The notes beneath the pieces were generated by a model. It made no database searches, was not told the origin of the DNA, and worked only from the letters and a program-made list of their open reading frames with translations. The translations under genes and the position numbers were made by a program. Positions 1 through 11,995 of a stretch of DNA of 64,000 bases are shown here, in pieces. The stretch comes from Octopus bimaculoides. Taxonomy: Eukaryota. Position 1 is the stretch's first letter; each line of letters starts with the position of its first letter. The stretch covers positions 43,080,293-43,144,292 of the forward strand of contig NC_068985.1 in assembly GCF_001194135.2 (NCBI RefSeq), written 5' to 3'.

Positions 1-2219
1 CTGCATCTCATGTGAAAAGCTTGAGTAGAAATAACTAACAAATACTCCCCACCCAACTCTCATTACTAATCTAATTTTTAAATGTAGTTAATTGAAACTG
101 GGATCATTTAGTAATTAAGGCATCAGATTGTGAAAGAGAAGAAACAATTTATCTTAGAGTAATATATATTAACTATACAACCAGCCAACATTATCTTTTC
201 TGTTTTCCAGGGTCAGAATATTTCAATTTCTAAAATTTATTGTTGGTTAGTTTCCCACAAGTCTTTATATCAGACACAGGCAACCTTTTTCAAGAAGAAT
301 GCCACATGAGACATGACTTAAATCATCAGGTGGGCTGCACTACTAGGAAACTCCTATGGGCTGCATACTGCAGGTGGCCCGTGACTGCTTTATAAGCTAA
401 CAATATTTTAAACAGCTGTTATATATGAAATGAAAGCATAGAGGACCAAGCTGATAGAATACCAGACAGCTGGACAAGAGCCTGCTAATATCACTGGGTT
501 TGTGTTTAGTCCAGTGTAACTAGTTGATAACATATACCACAAAGTAGGAATGACTTTCTACAGCAAGTAATAAAAGCACAAAATTAAAAACTAATGAGTG
601 CTTTACAGTTTGTAGTATTGAGGTCAATACCATCATAAACTAAATCAAAACACATTTCTTATCCATTCAATGAAACAAAGTTTTTTTGGAAGGTCGTACC
701 ACATACATCAATTCAATGAAATCAAAATATTAAATACATTTAAATACATATCATTCCCAAGCTTGCTGGAGGCCCCAAAAATTTAAGCTTTAAAGATCCT
801 AAAACAGTGGAGTGAGAAATATATTAGGCATTTGACTAGGAACTGGAACTGAATGAGAATTTAGAAATCTAATTTTATTTTATAGACATTTTCAACAGTT
901 TATTAGTCAATATTTTGTTACACAGATTACATTATTTCCTTTAAAATAAACTTAGGCATATTCCCCTATTTTCACACAGACCTGGACATGTTTCAAACAA
1001 TTGTGAATTTTTTTACTTTTTTAATACTAGACATAAGACACATACCTGATAATCAAGGTATTTGATGACAGGTTGACTGTTAATTAAAGCCAGCTCTGCC
1101 TTTATTGAAATAAATTAAAATACCATTAAAACAGGTACAGCCATTTCTTATGAAAAAGTTTAGACTAAATAAGTGATAAAAATCCAGGAGTTACATCAAA
1201 AGATTTTTCTATTTCAATCCTAACCAAAGGAAGTATGTAAAAAAAAATGACACCTGAAAATAACTGCAGAATATATTGATGGAAATACTCGACAAAAGCT
1301 GAGTTTAATAGAGCCATCAGAATCTACTAATTCCAATCAGTGGTGGAGAAAAAGAAATGAAAATCAGTTTTGAATTTTTAATTGGAGTATATTTGTAAGA
1401 GAAATTTCAAAATCTTTCAAATAATAATAAATCAGTGAGGTAATACTGAAGTGTCGCAAATTCGTCCTAAACAGTCTAATAATTTAAACTGTAAGTTGGC
1501 ATCCATATTAAGGCCCCTAAGGAGTTATTGTTTCATGAGTGAAATTCATAAATAATGGAAATGTATAAAATAAAAAGTGTGTATGTATATGAATGACTTC
1601 TTTACTCACCATTAACACTGCCCTCTAGCAAGATTTCTAAAATCTTAAACTTAACACCAAATGGGAATTACCAACTAACCTCCAGTAAATTATAAACATT
1701 TACTTCAATAATTCTGGTAATTTTTGTATGAAGCTCTTTGGTTTTTCAGAATGGTCGTAGGAATTCACAGAAGTATTATATAAATAACCCCAAGTAGCAA
1801 AAATAATCTTAAAAGTTTATGATAAATAAGGACAAATGGCTTCATTAAATTGCTGATTGCTTTAGGATATGATTGTAGCTTTATGTGAGGTATATTCAGT
1901 AAAAGTGAGTAGGAACTGGTCATTTTACTTGATTAATTTATACTATAGACATTGGTTGGATTTTCTTGAAGAATCATATAATTCCGAACTTAGTTGACTG
2001 AGTCAAAGTTGGTTTTGTATCAAAACCTTTGGCCAGTTTTTAATGGAGACTTTGAAGCAAAAAACAAAAAAAAAAAACATTCAAACAACATACAAGTAAC
2101 AAAAAAAAAAAAATTACACCAGATAAACAACAACAAATGTTCTTTGGCAGGTAAGACTAGAACCAGACTAGGAGTTTGTTCTCTCCTAAACCTGTATTGT
2201 TCTTCCATAAATTTGACAT
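1..2219 (-). other. Probable 3' UTR/downstream region of the zinc-finger gene
   Basis: Follows the TAA stop; U-rich on the minus strand, several AATAAA candidates, almost no recognisable SINE/LINE copies. Poly(A) site not determined. Confidence 0.4.
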
Positions 2220-4556
2220 TTAGAACCATAACAGCGACAAGTCTGGTTTAATGTCTGCTTGATCAAAGTTATGATATGAGAATGGTTGTGACTGAGTTTC
2301 ACTGGAGGAACAGAAAAATGGTTCAGGTTTTATAGACATTCCAGAACCAGCAGAAACACCTGTACCAGTGCTGGTGATTCCAACACTGGCAGCACCAGCA
2401 GGGTCGTAAAAACTAGACTCCAGTGAGGATTGGTTATTATTGAAACATGAAGAGAAATCTGATTTGGCAAATGTATCTCCTTGACCAAAATGTGTGAGAG
2501 CTTGGTGATAATGGTCATGAATAGAAGATAAATTAGGTTTAATATCTACTATTTCAGAGTTGTTGGAAGTTCTTGACGATAACAAACAAGACTTTTGAGA
2601 AGTATTTTGTGTACTGAGAAAACCATTAAACTGCATAAATGACTGGTCTCCATTATTATCACATTCAAAGAGATTAGTATCAGGGAGGGATTGTAGAAAG
2701 CCAAAGAATGAATTTGAACCTGTTGGATCAGTTTTTATATCCAGCGTATTAGGAGCAAATGATTTCATGTAACCAAATTGTTTGTCAGTTGTGTGATTTC
2801 TTATATTATTATAATATGGGTTGGGTTGGATGTTTGGCTCAAGAGATGGACAGATGGATAAATTTGGTTTGACATCAAGTTCATGTTGATTATTATAGCT
2901 CACAGATAAAGGTAAACAAGGTTTTGTATCAGCTTCATGACCAAATCCATGGCCATCTTTACAGGACACATCACACTGTTTACATCCATACAGTTGATCT
3001 TTGTTATGCAATTTGTTGTTGCCACTGTATGAACAAGATTGATTTTTGGTGCTACTTAAAGAAATATTTTGAGATTTCTTCAAATTTTCATTTTGTCCAT
3101 TAAAAGAACTTATCATACCAGAACTTTTTTCATCTTTTATGTTATTTGAAGTTTTACAATTTTCACATCCATACTTAAATTCTCCATTATGTGTTTTATT
3201 ATTAATTAACGCACAAGAACTATGGACATGATCAGTACCAGAATTGGAAGTTATGTCAGGTTTAATGTAAATCTGACTATTTAAACTTGGAGGTTTGGAT
3301 TCAGTTAAACTATTTGTGTGACTTGAATTCTTGCAGCGTTCACAATCAAATGTCTGTTGCGAAGAAAGAGGTGGATGGTTAATGTAGGTACAAGTTTGGT
3401 TCCGGTTGATGTCAGAAGTAGAACACATAGACATTGTTGGGATGTTGGTAACATTTGTCAAACTGTTATAAGAATTTGAAAAAGGGATGCAATAATTATC
3501 ACCATTCAGATGGCACATGTGTATTACAGACTTCTCACAGAGTCCACACTGAGTAGTTTTTTCTGTTGTATGTCCATGCAAACCTGTATTCATGTAAACA
3601 ACGTTTTGATTGTCACATGCTGACGACGTTGACACAAAAGTGTCAATACCCTCCAGCGATCTTTGAAAATGCCGTTGTAGTTGACATGTTCGAGAAATAG
3701 ATTTGTCAAAGTTGTTGCAATCAAATGTTTTGTTTTCATTTTGCAGCAACAGCTGTGTGTAATGTCCTGATGAGGTTGGCATATTACAATGAAGGTTATT
3801 GTGATGATTAGCAACAGATACAGGTAGTTCTGGCTTCATGTCCATACTTTGGTTTGTACCCACACCACATGACTTTTCAGTAGACTGGTTGCCAAGGTAA
3901 CCATTCAACTTGCTTCCATTGTTACACTGATCATAACTCATTGATAAATTACTTGAAGAGACACGTTTACAGCAGAGGCTGCCACTTGAAGACTGGTATG
4001 GATGTTGCTGGTAGCTAGTACTGCAACAGGACGGTTTGGAATAAACATCAACAGTTTCTGTTTTGCAAAGGGCTGGGAAAAGAGAGTTATCAGCATCTCG
4101 ATGATGGTGATGTTGTGTTTTTATGTGGCAATTTAAATCTTGAGGTTGATTGAATGACTTACTACAACCACTGCATTCTCTGCCACTGTTGTGGATACTA
4201 TTACAGGTGTCCCCATTGGGCACTGTTGAATGTGTTCGCATATGGACGGTCAGATTACCCGATCGAGAAAAGGTCTTGCGACAGTGACAGCACTCAAATT
4301 TCTTTTCTCCTGTGTGAGTGCGTATATGTACACGCAAGCTGTCAGAGCGAGAGAAAGTTTTTTTGCAGAATTTACAACAGAAAGGTCTCTCACCGGTGTG
4401 AATACGCGTGTGAACAGTGAGAGTACTGGAGTCAGAGAATCTCTTCTTACAATAACTGCACTCATAAGGTTTCTCTCGAGTATGAGTGCGAATGTGACGT
4501 GTTAGATGACCAGAATGATTGAAGGTTTTCTTGCAGTATTTACATTCGGTCATCAT
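2220..4556 (-). CDS. C2H2 (Kruppel-type) zinc-finger transcription factor, 778 aa, single coding exon
   Basis: Uninterrupted ORF. Four tandem CxxC-x12-HxxxH fingers with TREKPY/TGERPF/TGEKKF linkers, plus a fifth finger (CSGCSKSFNQPQDLNCHIKTQH). An in-frame TAA at 4566-4568 closes the frame upstream, so ATG 4556 (context caaaATG) is the likely start. Confidence 0.92.
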   Translation of the reverse strand: MMTECKYCKKTFNHSGHLTRHIRTHTREKPYECSYCKKRFSDSSTLTVHTRIHTGERPFCCKFCKKTFSRSDSLRVHIRTHTGEKKFECCHCRKTFSRSGNLTVHMRTHSTVPNGDTCNSIHNSGRECSGCSKSFNQPQDLNCHIKTQHHHHRDADNSLFPALCKTETVDVYSKPSCCSTSYQQHPYQSSSGSLCCKRVSSSNLSMSYDQCNNGSKLNGYLGNQSTEKSCGVGTNQSMDMKPELPVSVANHHNNLHCNMPTSSGHYTQLLLQNENKTFDCNNFDKSISRTCQLQRHFQRSLEGIDTFVSTSSACDNQNVVYMNTGLHGHTTEKTTQCGLCEKSVIHMCHLNGDNYCIPFSNSYNSLTNVTNIPTMSMCSTSDINRNQTCTYINHPPLSSQQTFDCERCKNSSHTNSLTESKPPSLNSQIYIKPDITSNSGTDHVHSSCALINNKTHNGEFKYGCENCKTSNNIKDEKSSGMISSFNGQNENLKKSQNISLSSTKNQSCSYSGNNKLHNKDQLYGCKQCDVSCKDGHGFGHEADTKPCLPLSVSYNNQHELDVKPNLSICPSLEPNIQPNPYYNNIRNHTTDKQFGYMKSFAPNTLDIKTDPTGSNSFFGFLQSLPDTNLFECDNNGDQSFMQFNGFLSTQNTSQKSCLLSSRTSNNSEIVDIKPNLSSIHDHYHQALTHFGQGDTFAKSDFSSCFNNNQSSLESSFYDPAGAASVGITSTGTGVSAGSGMSIKPEPFFCSSSETQSQPFSYHNFDQADIKPDLSLLWF

Positions 4557-5234
4557 TTTGAAAAGTTACTCTCAGAGTTGACAATAAAGCTGTTGCTATA
4601 ATTTGATTGTTGGTGAATGTGAGGTGGGTGGAAAACCACTTGAAAATATACAGATGGACAGCATGAGTGGGAAGTTTTACATTTTGACAAAAATGAAAGT
4701 GTGCTCACAGAATTTTCAATGAAAGGATTAAATAAATAAATAAATAGATGCCACCAGTTGCAGCTCATTAAGAAACTTTTCTTTATGCAGCAGTGATGTG
4801 TAAATATACATATAAAAAAAGGAATAAAATGGAATGGGTTAAAGAAGGCAAACTTTGCCAAGTGTTAGAATAGATACCAGTTGTCAGTATAGGGAATACT
4901 TCTGAAAACCACAGTCTGGATGAAACAGAATGCATATTAGCTGCCACATTATACCACTGGAATGGTAAGATGGCAAATTCCAGAATACGAAGTTCTTTCA
5001 TGAAGTAGTATAAATTTTCAATTTCTTGGAGAAATCATTTAACTATGATGAAATATCAAAGTCACCTAAAAAAAAATCCAATAAAATTAAATTAATAATT
5101 TTAATGAAAGCTTGCATGAAAACAATTTCAAAAATTCAATAAATTAATTCAAGTACATTACAATATATAATTTATTTCATTAATCTCCCAGTACTCCCCA
5201 CCTCCCAGTTGGGGTTTTTTTTTTGTCTTGCAAT

Positions 5235-5535
5235 TACTAGGGACCTTGTCATTGCTGGTGCCATGTAAAAAGTATTGGTGCCGCTGCCACATTAAAAGCA
5301 CTGGTGCTGGAGCCACATGAAAAGTACTGGTGATGGTATCATGTGAAAAGTGCTGGTGCCACATAAAAAGCATCCAGTACAGTCTGTAAAATGGTTGGCA
5401 TTAGGAAGGGCATCAAGCAGTAGAAACTATGCCAAAACAGACAATGGAACCTAGTTTCAGTTCCTGTCCTTGCCAGCTCTTGTCAAACCATCCAACCCAT
5501 ACTAGCATGGAAAACAGATGCTAAATGATGAAGAA
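5235..5535 (+). mobile_element. RTE-LINE 3' tail fragment with internal ~25-bp tandem repeats
   Basis: gttggcattaggaagggcatc...ccaacccatactagcatggaaaacagatgctaaatgatga matches the tail seen many times in this window; about five ctggtgccacatnaaaag-like units at 5248-5375. Confidence 0.75.
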
Positions 5536-5989
5536 TCTATTTAGTTGATAAAACAATCATTTTAATTTTCTAATGCTACAAATAAGAAAATTTAATATTC
5601 ATATTTTATGATTTCAAAAATTTTTATACATACATTTTTGGCAAAAATTGAAGAAATTGCTATAAAAATTATCTTGCATTTTCAAGGCAATGTCCATTTT
5701 CCAGCATGGAAAACATGTTAAATGATGAAGTAGAGCTTAAGTTTCTTAGTCACTTGCATAGTTAACCAGGTAATACAGGGAGGTGTCATACACAATGACT
5801 TGTATAGCAATATCATCAACAACCACAAGAGCAAAGGAGGAACTCTAAAGAGAAGCAACTACAGAGGTATCAAACTGATAAGCCAAGTCATGAAAGTTCT
5901 TAGCTACGTGTAAACCACTCTAACTAGTATTTGTTTGATTTGAAGAAGATCTTTCACAGAGTATCATGCTCTATAGTCTTAGGAATAGA

Positions 5990-7030
5990 TGGCTGGCTTG
6001 TGAGAGACGAAGTCATGTACAGACATACTTTGAGCAAAGTGGGAAATAAGTTGAGTGAAGAAATTAGTGTGCAAGTAGGGGTTCAAAGTTCAGTTCTTAG
6101 CCCCTTCCTGTTTATTATAGTTCTCCAAACTATAATATGGAGTCCATGAGAACTTTTATATACTAATTGGTCTCATCCTTATAGCAGAGTTTAGGATAGG
6201 TAGAAAAGAGGCCGCCGTAAAACTTGGCAAAGACTAAAGTCTTAGGAAATAGGAGAGAAGACAGGGCCCTGCTGCCATGAGAGAAATGGTATACTGCTCA
6301 AAGTTCAGATTAGGAGTAGTTATGAATTCCAGACAATGTACATAAAAAGAAGCAAGAGGTGAAGTGGGATCACAGGTAGGCTGACAAAGAAAACCTTATA
6401 TATGGCAAATATAGAGGAATAGTTAGCAGTTAAAGCATTAGTAAAAATATTATTTCTGTTGCTCAGAAGGTTCCATAAAAGGAGTTGACAACCTCTGTGA
6501 CTTAGATGATCTAACCAACAGTGGAGTAGGTTGCTCAGAAAGTATAGTAACTAGAATAAGTTGGCAACAAAGGGATTTTCTCTTCAAGTAAAAGATAGAT
6601 TGCATGATGCCTCTGTATAAAATGCAATGATGCATGATAGTGAGACACAGGTAATGAATGCAGAGGATGTGTGAAGACTGCAAAGAAACGAAGCAAGCAG
6701 GCTCTGCTGGATATGTAACATTAGTGTGTGTGAATGAGAAATCACATACATTGAAAGAGAAATCGGTATAAGAGTAATCAGATGTGGTGTGCAAGAGACT
6801 GTACTGCTTCAGGCACATGATGTGTATGGAAGATGGAAGTTGGGTAAAGAAGTAAAAAGGAGTTCCATGAGGAAGGAAACAGGAAGAGAGGAAGATAAAG
6901 GGTGAAAGTCGATCTCAGGATGTTGGACCTCATGAAGGAGATGAGAGGAGTATCACAAATAGTAAGACACTTTTTTAAGAAGAAACATTAACCCAATACA
7001 AGCATAGACAGGTTTGTGTAAAAAGATGAT
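5990..7030 (+). mobile_element. Decayed RTE-clade LINE (RT and C-terminal fragments)
   Basis: Translates to KVGNKLSEEISVQVGVQSSVLSPFLFIIVLQTI (RT motif B region); the downstream part matches the RTE C-terminus seen at 47394-47760; frameshifts and stops. Confidence 0.75.
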
Positions 7031-7059
7031 GATAGCAATGACTTAAATAAGAACAGAGT

Positions 7060-8060
7060 CCTATGTCTTCCTCAGTACTCAACCAACTCATCTCATTTCT
7101 CTTCACATCATTGGCTCAATTCACTGTTTATCTTCCTCTCTTGTAGTGATACTCTGCTCACCCACTGAATCATTTTTATTTCTGTCCCTTCCAGGTTCCT
7201 CTGCTGCTCCATGCTCATTACCTATGCCTTACTTCCAAAATCATAGCACTTCTCACACGTGCAGCATACACCTTTCCCTTCAGTCTTATTGATACTCCCC
7301 TCCTCACTAGCATGCCATTCAGTTCCCAGAACTCCACACTCTAGCTAACATCACCACATCCAATCCACCTTTTCCGTTCAACATGTCTCCTAAGTATCAA
7401 AATGTTTTCAGACTCTCCATTTCCACACCATTTCCAAGATCCAACAAAACATTCCTTCTGTCTGCATCTCCTTTCATACATACCTTTCACTTCAGTGTAG
7501 CTGCTACATTATTTAATATCTATCTCATACAATGTATATATTTGATAATCCACCCAGAACATTCTGTACATTTGATGGAGTTTACTCCAACAGCCATTCT
7601 CACAAAACCATTTCTCTCTTCTCTCCACCTCACCACATGCTTTACCACTTGCCATCAATTTCCAATATTCTTCTTCATAACTTTTGTCCTCCATACATTT
7701 CTACTGATTCATCTCCTTTAATCCATCAATAATCTCTGCAATTAACATTAGACCATCTGCATACAATATCTCCCCATGGTAACCTTCTTCTATGCTTTGC
7801 ATCATCATCTCCATCACAACAACAAATAATAATAGAATTAACATAACCTTTGATGCCCTCAACCCTCACTTTAAAATCACCACTATTCCTACGCTCTGTT
7901 CTTATAATTCTATGTGCTCTCTCATTACAAGGATCACTACTCTATAAACAGCCATTCCTTTATTCCTAACTCTTTCAATGTCCTTATTTCTAATTCACAT
8001 AGAACCCTCTCAAAAACTTTCTTCAGATCAACAAATCCAAGAAACAATATTGGAATATTG
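7060..8060 (-). mobile_element. Decayed RTE-clade LINE fragment
   Basis: Minus-strand RT-like remnants (HQG..LLFVVVMEMM..LPW) and a downstream C-terminal segment; heavily disrupted. Confidence 0.6.
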
Positions 8061-8699
8061 GATGTGTGAATACTTATAATCCCCAAATAGACATTATCAA
8101 CAGTTATTCATCAAGTATTTTTTACCAGGATAAAGAAAAGATTTGCTTTTGAGTGACACATGAAAAGCATTCGACAGATTTTTGTATCATCGTTTAAAGG
8201 TATTTAAATTAGGAGAGTATAAAAATTCACCCTTTGAAATTATCAAATTATGATTTATTTGTCACTGGTTTTATACTTGTTTAGATAAATCCACATTTTT
8301 TGGCTTTCTCTCACCTATGTCTCTAGTAATATGTTCTAAGTTCACCTGTGGTTTTCTCACCTTATTTATATATTAAAAACAATTTTCATTGAGCATATTC
8401 ATAATATCATCTTTCTAAATTTTCTAAAACAAACCATTTTCCTAGATTATCAAGACTTTAGATTCTCATTACATAAACTGAAAATCATACCTAACACTTT
8501 TCAACTTTAACTTTTGGAAACCACTAAAAATTCATTGTTTTACTGATATACCTTTTGTACCAAGAAACCATTTATAACAACAGGAAGTTCCAAACTTCCA
8601 CCAAGTAATATGCCATTTTTACATTATTCTTGATGAGAGCTCATCATGGTTTGTTCATGTTTTTTGAGCAGATATTACTTTGAAAAGTATTAATTCATT

Positions 8700-9190
8700 C
8701 TCAAACTGTCCATGCACCTATTACATTATTTTAACATCCACTTACCCATACTGGTGAGGGGTGGAAATGTCACGTAAAAATCAACTCATCTCTCATCTTA
8801 ATCCTCTATCATCCTATTTGTGAGACCCAACAACACACAGAAAAACACTTCTTCCTAGGTTTTCTTTTGCTCAAGTAACTGTCAATATTATAACACTTTC
8901 TCATCCAGAAAGTGATGTTCCTTCATACCATGTATTTATAGCTGCATAGCTACTTTGTCTATACACATTCACTGATACTTTTAATGCCCACTTGCTCTCC
9001 TAGCCCACATACAAGTTTGCATTTCACATCAAATTCAGTTCTTTCAGTTTCCACCTTAACTTCCCAAGTTTCGCTACCATACAGCATCTCAATCCAATAC
9101 AAGCTCCACAGAATCAACATTTAACATGAAGGAGAAACCTTTTTTGCCAACACAGGTAATATTTATCTGAACTATTTCCATTCATAACTA
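8700..9190 (-). mobile_element. Decayed RTE-clade LINE C-terminal fragment
   Basis: Minus strand gives ...LYGSETW...W.G... pattern similar to other RTE C-termini in the window. Confidence 0.55.
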
Positions 9191-9726
9191 AAATGTTTTC
9201 ATTACAATGACCTCCAGCACTTATTATGTTACTGAGATTACTACAGAAACTATTTGCTTAATCTATTAGACCAGAGGTGGGGAAACTGCAGTCTTCTGAA
9301 GCACTAAATTCAATCTAATGAAAGAAGTACAACATTTGAATGGAAAATCATTATCCTGAAATATATTTTTGTCGATTTAATTTCATTTAAACCATATCTT
9401 TTTCTTTAATTGTGAATCTTAGAAACACCTCCTATGTTTCTTTATCTTCAGTTGTACTTATGGTCAAATAAATTTAACTTTTTTCCCTTCAAAATATTGC
9501 CTTGTCAGCTGGCAGTCAACTTGAATACAGCCTTCTAGCATAAATATATCTGTATGAGGCTCTCTAAACAGTTCAAGAGATTCTTCTACTGTAAAATACT
9601 TCTGCACATATGAAGTCATACATCTGTCAATCTGCCAGATATCTCACTGCATTTTTTTATGAAGCTAATGTTTGCATTGTCTAGCAAGTTTCTACCAACC
9701 AACTTCCTAATATCAACCAGGAATCT

Positions 9727-9900
9727 TTAACTCTTTAGCATTTAAGTTGGCCATATCTAGACTAAATAGTCTACCTGTTTTATGTTTAAACTGACCAGCT
9801 CCAACTTCTTACACCTAACCTACAATGTCATTCTACTAATATACAATCACATCATTGAAATCTCGAAGCTACAAGATAATGCACGATCAACTGAGAACAA
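9727..9900. mobile_element. Partial piggyBac-type MITE
   Basis: Starts ttaactctttagcatt; body similar to the complete copies at 31435, 38808 and 46109. Confidence 0.6.
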
Positions 9901-10039
9901 TGTAGTCCCACCTCTCTCTCTCTCTCTCTGCCCTATCAAACATTTCCTCTACATCACATCTCTTCTCTATCTATGAGACTACTCAGCTGCTGTAATCACC
10001 TAATAGCCAAATAGGTACATTACATTCCCTCCCAGAATT

Positions 10040-10640
10040 ACTTCCATTTCTCATTATCATCCTTGCCCACACTATTTCCACCATTCACCTCTTTTTCTGC
10101 CTTCAGCCATTGCTCTCCTCTGCTATACTTCATTCTTAACACCACTCTCAATGCCTTCTCACATCTACATCTGCATCCCACCTACCATAGCCCCCTGAGC
10201 CACTGCTATATTTCTCCCCATCACTTGCTACACTCAGTTCTATTCCCATCTATCTCCATCTCCCTTTTGCGAGCATTTGTATTTTGAGATGCTCCAGCAG
10301 CCTATCACGTCTATCTTCTTTCCAGTGTTCCAACTATTCAGCCTTGTCACTAGCCACCTAGGCTTGTTCTTCCATCACACTCTAGCCTTTCAACACTTCA
10401 CATAGAACCATCACCCCCTCTCAAATATTAATTCATCCCATATAGTCAAGGAGGCTTTTCTCTTCTGCCCCCTCTTTTTTTCTTGTTCCTGTTCCTTTCT
10501 TTTCTTGTAAGTTACTTGGCAACTTCACTAGTTCTGGTGGGACAAAAAAAGTACCCAGTACATTCTGTGAAATAGTTGGCATTAGGAAGGGCATCCAGTA
10601 GTAGAAACCATGCTAAAACTGACATTCAGGATCAATACAG
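10040..10640 (+). mobile_element. Non-autonomous retroelement: pyrimidine-rich body plus RTE-type tail
   Basis: Body and tail resemble the minus-strand copies at 50390-51060 and 55030-55740. Confidence 0.5.
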
Positions 10641-10974
10641 CCTCATATAAATAATATCAAACACACATACACAAGGTATGTGTTTTGCCAGTTCATGGGC
10701 AGGCTGTGATTTGTAAGAGTAAGAGAATATATTCTCGTTAATTTGTCTGGTGTTAAAACACCTGGAAGTCATAGGCAAGCAAGATAACTCACATCAAGTC
10801 CCGAGGCAGGAGTGCTAGGCATTAATATTTCGTCATTTTTGTGACTTCATATGATGCAATGTTCTATGCAGCTGAAATCCAAGAGATCCAATCAATGAAA
10901 TTATTTCATGAGTATATAAACCATAAAATGTCAGGAGGTATGAGAGGTGAATATACATATTTAATTAATCACTT

Positions 10975-11165
10975 GTTGCCACACAAAAGCACCTGTGTGG
11001 TGCCATGTAAAAGCACCCAGCACACTCTGTAAAGTGGTTGGTGTTAGAAAGGGCATCCAGCCATAGAAACCATGTCAAATCAGACTGGAGTCTGGTGCAG
11101 CTCCCCAGCTCTGGTCAAACTGTTTAACCCATGCCAGCATGGACAGCAGACATTAAATGATGATT
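10975..11165 (+). mobile_element. RTE-LINE 3' tail copy
   Basis: gtggtgccatgtaaaagcaccc...aagggcatccagcc...cccatgccagcatggacagcagacattaaatgatga. Confidence 0.8.
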
Positions 11166-11379
11166 ACTATCCTTCGGATTACAGCCATTTCACAGCCTTC
11201 TTCTTGTAATAATGATTTTAGTGTATCATAATATATTTTACATGTTTGCACTAATATACATGCCATGCATTGTACAATACAATTGTATGTTTACAAATTA
11301 ATGCAGATAAAGAAAGCAAACTCATCAGAGCATCATGGTTACATTGATGCTTCAACTCTGCGCTGAAGCATACATATGT

Positions 11380-11995
11380 GTGTGTGGTGGGGTGTAAGTA
11401 TCTGTGCCTTCTTGTCTTGACAAGAATAATGAATAATCATTGTAAATGAATATCATTCATTACCAATATTCTGCAAAAATGTGCCTGGGCATGGGGAAAT
11501 ATTGCTTTGCTCAGAAGCAAGCAAAGACTGGCAACAGGAAGGGCATCTGACCATAGTTAATCTGCTTCAATAAACTCTGTCTGAATCATGCAAGCATGAA
11601 AAGTGGATGTTAAAACCATGATTGTTGTTTGTGTCTGTGTACATACGTATGTACATACATAAAACTCATGTCAGCATGGAATATGAGCATTAAATGATGA
11701 TAATTAGGCAGACAAACTGAGAGAGATACACGCATGTGTGTGTGTGTGCATGCGTGTTTTTCTCCTTTACTTGACATCACATGTTAATTATAGATAAGAT
11801 GACACCATCATACAAATGGTGTTGTATATTTGCAATCTTCTGTGAAAATGTGTCCAGTTTAGGGGAAAATATTACCATGCTTGGAAATAAGTCAAGTTGA
11901 CAAAAGGAAGAGCATCTAGCCATAGAAAAATCTACTGCACCAAATTTCATCTAACCCATGCAAGAGTGAGAAAAAAGTTACTAATGTGACAGTGA
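11380..11995 (+). mobile_element. Two tandem copies of SINE family E (RTE-tailed)
   Basis: Both carry ggggaaaatattaccntgcttggaaa...ggaagggcatc...cccatgcaag; same body at 33930, 43775 and (minus strand) 19400 and 31005. Confidence 0.7.

Noticed and set aside
4154-4505. Plus-strand ORFs over the zinc fingers
   Set aside because: Antisense shadows of the periodic C2H2 codons.
5248-5375. Regularly spaced repeats resembling a CRISPR array (also 20810-20985)
   Set aside because: Eukaryotic context, degenerate repeats, short non-unique spacers and no cas genes; the first is an RTE 3' UTR subrepeat.
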